From an uncultured Chthoniobacter sp. (lineage in GTDB: Bacteria; Verrucomicrobiota; Verrucomicrobiia; Chthoniobacterales; JACTMZ01), in the NCBI GenBank assembly GCA_964609925.1, contig CAZSUJ010000004.1, positions 9,534 to 73,533 on the forward strand: DNA of 64,000 nucleotides, in the 5' to 3' direction. The translations under genes and the position numbers were made by a program. Shown here piece after piece: positions 46,936 to 53,990 of this stretch. Each line of letters starts with the position of its first letter. Within the stretch, counting starts at the first letter, position 1. The notes under the pieces were generated by a model, which searched no databases, was not told the origin of the DNA, and saw only the letters and a program-made list of their open reading frames with translations.

Positions 46936-48741
46936 TCACGGCGCGGCGACCACCGGTTCGACGTTGACCTGCATGACCGGTTGAACTCCATTCCGGCCCC
47001 AAGGCCCGACTTGCCGCGGATGGAGGGCCATGTCCGGGTCGGGTTCGATGACGTTGTCTGCTTCGACCAGGCTGCGCACCGAGGTGACCAGAAGCCCGGG
47101 GCTCGGCCCGCCTTTGACGGAGTTGCCGGTGATGCTGATGTTATTGAAGGTTCCGGCCGGGGAGATGATGCCGGCTTCCCTGCCGACGGAAATCACGGCG
47201 ATGCCCATGCCCCGGCCCTCGGAGATGCGGTTGCGGGCGATCACGAGATTGTCCGACATGCCGGCCTCGAGCCACCAGTATTCCGGTGTGACAAGGATGG
47301 AGGTCATGAGTGAGCCGGTGATTTCGTTGTCCGTGATCTCGCCGCGCCCCGCTTTGACAAGGATGCCTCGCGAGCGGTTGTGTCCGAGGCGGCAATGGCG
47401 GATGGCGAATCCGTTGCCAATGCCGTCGGAATCGCAAACCATGGTGCCGAGCCCCACGCCCTCCACCGGTTCCTCAAGCACGATGCGGTAGGCGTCGTTG
47501 AGACCGTCGCGGCGGATGTCGGGATAGAGGTTGCGGGACATGACGTCCTTGCGCTCGTCCTCGGTGATCTTGCCGTCGGGCGTGACCGAGACAACGCGCC
47601 GGTCGGGCAGGCGCGTGCCGTCGGGGTTGAGGAATTGAACGGCGTCGCCCGCGCGGATTTGCATCACGCGTTTAGCCAGCACGCGGAGTTCCGCGCCCTT
47701 GGCTTCGGTGACGAAGTGAAAGTCCCCATTGATGGCGATGGCGTCATCGCCCATGAAGAATGCGCTGCAGTGCTCGTAGGTCGGGCCGCGCCGCGCGTTC
47801 TTCGAGTGGTAGGCGTCGGCGTTCATCGAGCGAAGGCGTGGCATCTCGCGCACCACGGGGTCGTGCTCGGGCGCGCGGCGGTCCACCCGGCAGCGGATGT
47901 AGCGCGAGTTGTTGCAACTGTTCTCGAAGAATCCGAAGGTCGGTCCGGCATAGAGCGTGACATCCTCAAAGACCAACCCCTCGCTGTCCGTCGCCATGAT
48001 CGCGTGGGGCTGCCTGCCGCCCGGGGCATAGGTCACCGAGATCACGGCAATGTCCCCGACCTTCTCGATGGCGAACTCCTCGGTGGCGCTCCGCTTTGTG
48101 ATGACGGCCCGCATGGAGTCCTCCATCGAGGTGGTTGCACCGAAGTGCGTGGTGCGCTCGCGCAAACGGCCGGTGGCCGGGTCGAAAATCTCCACCGAGC
48201 CGATAATCTCGCTGTTGCCCGGTTCAGCGTAGCCGTCGAGGATTTCAACGGTCAGGCGCGAGGTGTCCTCCGAAATCTCCACAATGCGCCCCTGCGTGAA
48301 CGGGAGGGGATCGTAGTCGATGGTGAGGCCCCTGATCGTGAGATTCTGGCAGTTCTCGATGGTGACGGCACGCGTGGTTTCGGTGCAGACCATCTCGACC
48401 CCTTCCATGACAAGCGTCACGTCCTGAAGCCCCGCGAGCCGCAGATGCTCGCCGTTTTCCGGTTCGACGCGGTAGCGTCCGGGGGGCACGACAATCGTCT
48501 TTTCGCCGGCTGCCAAGGCGTCTGCGATGATCCCCCGCAAATCGGCCAGAACCTCCTCAGGGGCCGGTCTCCCGGGGGAAGGAGTGACTGAGGACGCAGA
48601 GGGGGCTTCGGCTGTTGCTGCCGCCGCGGCGGGAGGGTTGGCCTCGGCCTGACGCGCGGGTTGCGGCGTCGGCCGGCAGGAGGCAGAGGTCATGGCAAGC
48701 AGACCTGCGATAAGAAGATAATGGCGGGTGGTCGTGTTCAT
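46936..48741 (-). CDS. Right-handed beta-helix enzyme (GH110-like, tentative), probable lipoprotein
   Basis: The ATG at 48741 gives MNTTTRHYLLIAGLLAMTSASC, then an Ala/Pro-rich linker. Also IVVPPGRYRVEPENGEHLRL, LTIDYDPLPFTQGRIVEIS, SMNADAYHSKNARRGP, MGDDAIAINGDFH and PbH1-like turns (RHCRLGHNRSRGILVKAGRGEITDNEI). Confidence 0.7.
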   Translation of the reverse strand: MNTTTRHYLLIAGLLAMTSASCRPTPQPARQAEANPPAAAAATAEAPSASSVTPSPGRPAPEEVLADLRGIIADALAAGEKTIVVPPGRYRVEPENGEHLRLAGLQDVTLVMEGVEMVCTETTRAVTIENCQNLTIRGLTIDYDPLPFTQGRIVEISEDTSRLTVEILDGYAEPGNSEIIGSVEIFDPATGRLRERTTHFGATTSMEDSMRAVITKRSATEEFAIEKVGDIAVISVTYAPGGRQPHAIMATDSEGLVFEDVTLYAGPTFGFFENSCNNSRYIRCRVDRRAPEHDPVVREMPRLRSMNADAYHSKNARRGPTYEHCSAFFMGDDAIAINGDFHFVTEAKGAELRVLAKRVMQIRAGDAVQFLNPDGTRLPDRRVVSVTPDGKITEDERKDVMSRNLYPDIRRDGLNDAYRIVLEEPVEGVGLGTMVCDSDGIGNGFAIRHCRLGHNRSRGILVKAGRGEITDNEITGSLMTSILVTPEYWWLEAGMSDNLVIARNRISEGRGMGIAVISVGREAGIISPAGTFNNISITGNSVKGGPSPGLLVTSVRSLVEADNVIEPDPDMALHPRQVGPWGRNGVQPVMQVNVEPVVAAP

Positions 48742-48749
48742 GAGCTGGC

Positions 48750-49571
48750 TCAAAATTGTCCGTTGCAGAATTTCGTGCGCTTCTGCTGCTGGCTGCCGGT
48801 TGGCACAAGTTCCTCGGGCATTTTGGCCCACTCCTCGGCCGTGTGGGCCGAGATGCTGCCGTCAGCCCAGAGCACGTTGCCCCTTCCGTTATGGCGCGTG
48901 GCGAACGCCCTGCCCTCATTTGACTCCGAGGCGCTCGGCGTGAACGTCTCGGCGGATCCCCCGTAGAAGTTGTTTTGAAAAACCATGTCGATCAGCACGG
49001 GCAACTTGCTCGGACGCGACACCGCCACGATGCGATCCACGCTGTTTCCATTGTTACGGATCGAATCCCGGTTGCTGTTGAGCTGTGCGTTGTATCCGTA
49101 GTGCATCGGATAGCGGGGGTCGGCGGCAGTGGATTCGGGCATCCGAGCCCAAGACGTTTGGCCGGTTGGAGAGGTAGCCGGGGCGCCGGGGCATACGAAA
49201 ACTTCGCGACTCTTTCCCACATACGGCCAGATGTCCACCAGCCAGCCCATGGACGCCCCTGACCCAGCCGGGAGCGGCGGAGTCCAAGTGCCGCCGCCGT
49301 CACCCCAGCCGCCACGGGGAAACGTGCCGTTGTTGTCAGCCGCGAACGATGCGACGGCGGCACCGATAGACTTCATGTTGGCCATGCACTTCGCGGAAGC
49401 GCCGCGGCCGAGCATGCTCTGCGCTGTAGGAATCGCCAACGCAGCGAGGACTGCGATGATCGCAACCACCGCGAGCAGTTCCATGAGGCTGAAACCGCGG
49501 TTGTCGGGACCGCAGGTTCCAACGGTGAGGCCGAATCGCAAACCATGCCGATGAGGGAGGGGGGAGGACAT
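48750..49571 (-). CDS. Prepilin-type N-terminal cleavage/methylation protein with an H-X9-DG C-terminal motif
   Basis: ...DNRGFSLMELLAVVAIIAVLAALAIP is the class-III signal. The C-terminal TRHNGRGNVLWADGSISAHT fits H-X9-DG exactly. It is the first gene of the minus-strand block, with an 8-nt gap to the next gene. Confidence 0.8.
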   Translation of the reverse strand: MSSPLPHRHGLRFGLTVGTCGPDNRGFSLMELLAVVAIIAVLAALAIPTAQSMLGRGASAKCMANMKSIGAAVASFAADNNGTFPRGGWGDGGGTWTPPLPAGSGASMGWLVDIWPYVGKSREVFVCPGAPATSPTGQTSWARMPESTAADPRYPMHYGYNAQLNSNRDSIRNNGNSVDRIVAVSRPSKLPVLIDMVFQNNFYGGSAETFTPSASESNEGRAFATRHNGRGNVLWADGSISAHTAEEWAKMPEELVPTGSQQQKRTKFCNGQF

Positions 49572-49592
49572 GCTGATGTGATGTTTTTTAAT

Positions 49593-49624
49593 GTATTGAC
49601 ATGATTTGATGGCTGCGTCAATAC
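49593..49624. promoter_or_regulatory. Perfect 8-bp inverted repeat in the divergent promoter region (operator and/or face-to-face promoters)
   Basis: GTATTGAC (49593-49600) - 16 nt - GTCAATAC (49617-49624). Each arm contains a TTGAC(A/G) -35-like hexamer for one direction and an AATAC(T/A) -10-like element for the other. A second small palindrome, TTGTATCACAA, lies at 49630-49640 just before the regulator ATG. Confidence 0.5.
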
Positions 49625-49647
49625 TGCTTTTGTATCACAATGAAGTC

Positions 49648-50799
49648 ATGACTGATACCAGCTCTAATTGGAGTTTTCCTGGCTCCGGCCCCAAGCACAT
49701 CCAACTCAGCGAGGTGCTGGAAACCGAGTTCCGGCAGTTGGACCATGGCTCGCCAGTTCCGCCCGTCACAGCCCTGATGGACCGATTCGAAGTGTCCCAG
49801 GGCACCGTGGTGCATGCCCTGCGCAACCTGCGCAACCGCGGATTGGTCACCCGCCCGCCGGGACGCAAACGTCTGGTGGTGGTGGGACGCGCGATACGCC
49901 GCGATGCGGTGCTCAACATTCTGCTGGTCCGCTCCCCGTGGACTTCGCCCGACTACGACGCGATGATCTACGCGCTGCTGGAGGAGGCCAACCGGGAACG
50001 CCTGCACATCGAAACCTTGCATGCGGTCGATACCGACCGCGAGGAATTCGCCCAGGCCCTCTATGCCCATGACGCCATCCTGATCATGCCGTCCTCGACT
50101 CACCCCTCGAACTTGGTGCCTCTCGTGCGTCAGTCCGGACGGCCTGCAGTCATGCTTTGGGACAATCCGAACGACCCGACGATTTTCCGCGTGGCGGACG
50201 AGAACCAGCGTGTCGGCCAAATGGCTGCGGAGTTCCTCTTAGGGCTCGGGCACGAGCGCGTCCTGGCTTTCCTCAGCGAGCCCGCGAGTTCGTCGGTCAC
50301 CCAGAGCCGCTTGGCCGGCTGGTCCTCCGCCCTGCGTGGCGTCGGCGATGAGCAACCTGAGCGTTTGATCATCGACTGCTCGGTCGAACCGGGGGTGCAG
50401 TCCATCGTCGGCTCCTACGAGCGTCTACGCCGCTGGTTGTTCCAAAACGGCAACCGTCTGCCGGCCACGTCCGTCTTTTGCCTGCACTGGACCGGCGCCC
50501 TAAGCATGCTGCGCGCCCTGCGCGAGGTCGGCATCGATGTGCCGGGCGATGTGAGTATCCTCACGCACGGTGGCGGCAACCGTCTCTGTGAGTTCACCAA
50601 TCCGCCACTTTCGGTCATCCAGAGCGAGGTGCAGGACTTCGCCCGCGAAGCCCTTGCACTGTTGAAAGCAGCCTGCCTTGGAAACACCCCCGGGGAGCGC
50701 ATTGTGCGCATTCCGTCGTTCATCACCGAACGCGAATCCACCGCCCCGCCAACGGTGCGGAAGGTTTCCCGAAAAACTCCCCCTCTTGGAAAGCCATGA
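49648..50799 (+). CDS. Transcriptional regulator, GntR-type HTH + LacI/PBP1-type sugar-binding domain (AraR-like architecture)
   Basis: The ATG at 49648 gives MTDTSSNW... HTH VTALMDRFEVSQGTVVHALRNLRNRGLV. Binding fold VADENQRVGQMAAEFLLGLGHERVLAF, SRLAGWSSAL. It is divergent from the 22-kb block. Confidence 0.8.
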   Translation: MTDTSSNWSFPGSGPKHIQLSEVLETEFRQLDHGSPVPPVTALMDRFEVSQGTVVHALRNLRNRGLVTRPPGRKRLVVVGRAIRRDAVLNILLVRSPWTSPDYDAMIYALLEEANRERLHIETLHAVDTDREEFAQALYAHDAILIMPSSTHPSNLVPLVRQSGRPAVMLWDNPNDPTIFRVADENQRVGQMAAEFLLGLGHERVLAFLSEPASSSVTQSRLAGWSSALRGVGDEQPERLIIDCSVEPGVQSIVGSYERLRRWLFQNGNRLPATSVFCLHWTGALSMLRALREVGIDVPGDVSILTHGGGNRLCEFTNPPLSVIQSEVQDFAREALALLKAACLGNTPGERIVRIPSFITERESTAPPTVRKVSRKTPPLGKP

Positions 50800-51416
50800 A
50801 ACTCACCGTGACCTCCGCCGCCGTTGGCACCATCCTTGCCTTGGCCTTCCCCGCGAAAGCCGTCGACGGTCTCCTGCCCAACCCCTCCTTTGAGGAGATG
50901 ACTGCGGGGCGACCACTCGGTTTCAGGGTGTTCCCGAGCCCAGACGATGCCCAAGGCGACTTTTACGTTCTCGAAGGGACCGAGGGTGACACCACCCATA
51001 CTGGCCGTCGCGCCTTGCAGTTTCACTTTCCAGAGGGTGCCGACATCGCGCAGGTGGCATGGACAGCCGACCCAGCAACAGGGGGGTGCGTGGTGCAGAC
51101 TGGGGGCTACAAATGCAGTTTTTGGATCAAGGCGGAGGGGATGCGGCCCGGCTTCCACGTCTGGGTAGCCGCAAATGGCTACGGCGAAGGCAAGAAACCC
51201 CTGGAGAAAATCGCCCGCAGTGAATACCTCAACGCCGCAGAGCTAGCCAACGGAGACTGGAAGCGGGTCGAGTTCACATTTGATGTTCTCACGGAGGGCG
51301 GCATCCAGCGGGTCGCGCCGTCGGTCGTCTTCAAGACCAGCCCCGACGCCCTGATCGAGCACGTCCCATCCGACACGCGGATCCTCGTGGATGACCTTCA
51401 GATCGAGGCACAGTAA
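50796..51416 (+). CDS. Small secreted CBM4/9-like (jelly-roll) protein
   Basis: ATGA overlap with the regulator stop. Signal MKLTVTSAAVGTILALAFPAKA, then LLPNPSFEEM...YKCSFWIKAEG...DDLQIEAQ, the pattern of carbohydrate-binding CBM_4_9-type modules. Confidence 0.5.
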   Translation: MKLTVTSAAVGTILALAFPAKAVDGLLPNPSFEEMTAGRPLGFRVFPSPDDAQGDFYVLEGTEGDTTHTGRRALQFHFPEGADIAQVAWTADPATGGCVVQTGGYKCSFWIKAEGMRPGFHVWVAANGYGEGKKPLEKIARSEYLNAAELANGDWKRVEFTFDVLTEGGIQRVAPSVVFKTSPDALIEHVPSDTRILVDDLQIEAQ

Positions 51417-53853
51417 GCCCGTGAGCGCGCGCCGCCTGATACCCTTGGTCGCCGCCCTGCTGTGGTTGCAGCCTTCCTCCGCGGTCACCGCATCGCCCGA
51501 CGAATGGTCCCGAACAAGGCGCTGGCTCGGCCCCGATTGGTATGCCGGACCGATGCAGGATTGGCAGGTCGTTGACGGACGTCTCCAGGCCAGCCCTCGC
51601 GGGGGTGGACGTCGTTTCGCACATTTGGTCACACGGGTGATTGCCCGCCCGGCGGCCGGCTTCCGGTTGGGCACCACCGTATCCACAGCCGGAAGGTTCG
51701 GCCCGGAGAATGGTCCGGCGGCCGGTCTGGCCCTCGGAACAAAGGGAAAACCCGAGCACCCGCTGCACGCCGCCGTCTATCCGGATGTATTTTACCCTGC
51801 GGCCATCACGCACGGCGGTCACCTCAGACTGGGCGACCAAACGCTTGCGCTCGGCCTAAAGCCAGACGCGCCCGTGACCTTGGCCCTCACGGGAGAGGCC
51901 GCCGAGGAGGGCAAAGTGCGGCTGACCCTTGTAGCCACGAGTCCGGATGGCGCGGAACTCGGCCGCATGGAATCGGTCGAGCCGGCAAACCGCCTGCGGG
52001 GAGTCGTTGGCGTCTTCGCGTCGAAACAAATCAAGGACGCCCCGGAGAACCCCGAACCGCCGGTCTTCGCCACCTTCGAGCGATTCAGTCTGGATGGGCC
52101 TGCGATCGACCAACATCCCGAGAACGCCTTCGGGCCGATTCTCTGGACGCAATACACCTGCGCCAGCGGTCTCCTCCGGCTGCAAGCGCAATTTCCCCCA
52201 CTGGAGCCCAGTGATGCGCAGAAAGCGGTATTGGAGATGCAGGAAGCCGATGGCACGTGGTCGAAAAAAGCAGAAGCACTGATCGAGCCGGCGTCCTCGA
52301 CCGCATTGTTTGAAATCGGAGATTGGGACGCCCAACGGGCCATCGCCTACCGCGTGGTCTATGAGTGGAACGGGGCGGCGCACCACTGGGAGGGGAAGGT
52401 CCGCGCCGAACCGAACCCCGACAAGCCTTGGAAGCTGGGCCTTTTCTCCTGCGACCATGGTGGACTTTTTCCGCTCGCCGAATTGGTGCGCGAGCTGCAA
52501 GAGCGCGACCCCGACATGCTGTTCTTTGCCGGGGACCAGTTCTATGAACACTTTGGCGGATTCGGCTTCACTCGATCGCCGCTCCAGTTGGCCCGCCTCG
52601 ACTACCTGCGCAAATGGTTCCTCTTCGGCTGGACCAACCGCCACCTGCTCAAGGATCGACCGTCGATCATAATCCCGGACGACCACGACGTTTTCCAAGG
52701 CAACCTCTGGGGCCAAGGGGGACGCGCCATTCCCGGGATGCCTGAGCCACCCCCGAAACAGGTCGATGCCGCCAAGGGCGGCTACGCAATGGAGCCCGAC
52801 TGGGTGCGGCTCGCGGAGCGGAGCCAGACAGGTCACCTGCCGCCGCCCGTCGATCCACGGCCGGTGGATCGGGGCATCGGTGTCTATTTCACCGCCTTCC
52901 CCTACGGCGGCGTCAGCTTTGCGGTGCTCGAAGACCGTAAATTCAAACTTGGCCCTGCCTCCGAGGAGGCCCAAAAGGGCGACACGACTTTGCTGGGAGA
53001 TCGCCAAGTCGAATTTCTCGACCGGTGGGCATTGGATTGGCGGGGCGGGGCCACGATGAAGGCCATCCTTTCCCAGACCATCTTCGCCCAGCCGGTGACC
53101 CATGGGGGCGAGAAATTGGCGCGCAACAACAAGCAGACGGACAACAACGCGTGGCCTGTGGCAGGGCGCGATCGTGCCCTCACCGCGATCCGCCGCAGCG
53201 GGGCCTTCAGCTTGCACGGCGACCAGCACTTCGCCCTCCAAATGCGCCATGGCATTGACGATTGGGAGGACGCCGGCGTGGCTTTCATGGGGCCGGCCAC
53301 CGTGGCAGGATATCCCCGCGGTTGGTGGCCCGACGGCGATCCCGCTGCGCCGCCCCCGCCGGAAAAGATGTTCGGACGGCACGCTGACGCTTTTGGCAAT
53401 AAAATGACCATCGACGCGGTGGCCAATCCAACCGACCCCGCCGGATGGACAAAAGACCCCACCGAACTCGCCATGGCCAAGGGCTCGGGCTACGCCGTCG
53501 TCGAGTTCGACCCCGCAGCGCGAACCATGACCACCCATTGCTACCCCCTCCCCTACCCGATTGATCCAGCCCGCCTCGAAAACGGACAATACAAGGGCTG
53601 GCCGCTGACCTTCTCTGCCTCGCAGAATGATGGCCGCAAGCCGATCGGGAACTTGCCCGATCTCACCTTCGACATCGACGCTCCCGTGGTCGGGGTCTTC
53701 GACCAAGCATCGGGCGAAGTGATCTACGCGCGCCGTATCAAGGGCCGCACCTTCGCGCCGCCCGTCTTCGCACCAGGTGCCTACGAGGTGAGGTTCGGTG
53801 CCGACACCCCGGACCGCGGCGCCGGGATTTTCGCCTTCCCCGCGCAGCCCTAG
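51391..53853 (+). CDS. Secreted PhoD-like metallophosphoesterase-fold protein with an N-terminal beta-sandwich region
   Basis: LGLFSCDHGG, MLFFAGDQFYEH, IIIPDDHDVFQGNLWG, FPYGGVSFAVLEDRKF, LLGDRQVEFL and FSLHGDQHF follow the PhoD/calcineurin-like motif order. Signal ...RRLIPLVAALLWLQPSSAVTA. The start is either the ATG at 51391 (26-nt overlap) or the GTG at 51421. Confidence 0.55.
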   Translation: MTFRSRHSKPVSARRLIPLVAALLWLQPSSAVTASPDEWSRTRRWLGPDWYAGPMQDWQVVDGRLQASPRGGGRRFAHLVTRVIARPAAGFRLGTTVSTAGRFGPENGPAAGLALGTKGKPEHPLHAAVYPDVFYPAAITHGGHLRLGDQTLALGLKPDAPVTLALTGEAAEEGKVRLTLVATSPDGAELGRMESVEPANRLRGVVGVFASKQIKDAPENPEPPVFATFERFSLDGPAIDQHPENAFGPILWTQYTCASGLLRLQAQFPPLEPSDAQKAVLEMQEADGTWSKKAEALIEPASSTALFEIGDWDAQRAIAYRVVYEWNGAAHHWEGKVRAEPNPDKPWKLGLFSCDHGGLFPLAELVRELQERDPDMLFFAGDQFYEHFGGFGFTRSPLQLARLDYLRKWFLFGWTNRHLLKDRPSIIIPDDHDVFQGNLWGQGGRAIPGMPEPPPKQVDAAKGGYAMEPDWVRLAERSQTGHLPPPVDPRPVDRGIGVYFTAFPYGGVSFAVLEDRKFKLGPASEEAQKGDTTLLGDRQVEFLDRWALDWRGGATMKAILSQTIFAQPVTHGGEKLARNNKQTDNNAWPVAGRDRALTAIRRSGAFSLHGDQHFALQMRHGIDDWEDAGVAFMGPATVAGYPRGWWPDGDPAAPPPPEKMFGRHADAFGNKMTIDAVANPTDPAGWTKDPTELAMAKGSGYAVVEFDPAARTMTTHCYPLPYPIDPARLENGQYKGWPLTFSASQNDGRKPIGNLPDLTFDIDAPVVGVFDQASGEVIYARRIKGRTFAPPVFAPGAYEVRFGADTPDRGAGIFAFPAQP

Positions 53854-53990
53854 GCAACGCTGCGCCTCGTAGAAGATTTTTGTAATTTTTTTCCTTGTCA
53901 CATCTGGCGATCGGCATTTTGTTATAGGGATATTCAACATTTCGTGTTGACATATATTTGGCTACGTTCAACCAAACCTCCCCAACACCC
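53854..53990 (+). promoter_or_regulatory. AT-rich leader/promoter region of the PATR/PEP-CTERM gene
   Basis: The most AT-rich stretch I saw by eye (…agatttttgtaatttttttcc…gtgTTGACAtatattt…). TTGACA at 53947-53952 directly abuts TATATT, so the promoter geometry is unclear. Confidence 0.3.

Noticed and set aside
53947-53958. TTGACA directly followed by TATATT upstream of the PATR/PEP-CTERM gene as a sigma70 promoter
   Set aside because: The two hexamers are adjacent with no 16-18-nt spacer, so they cannot be the -35 and -10 of one promoter. I annotated only a generic AT-rich promoter region.
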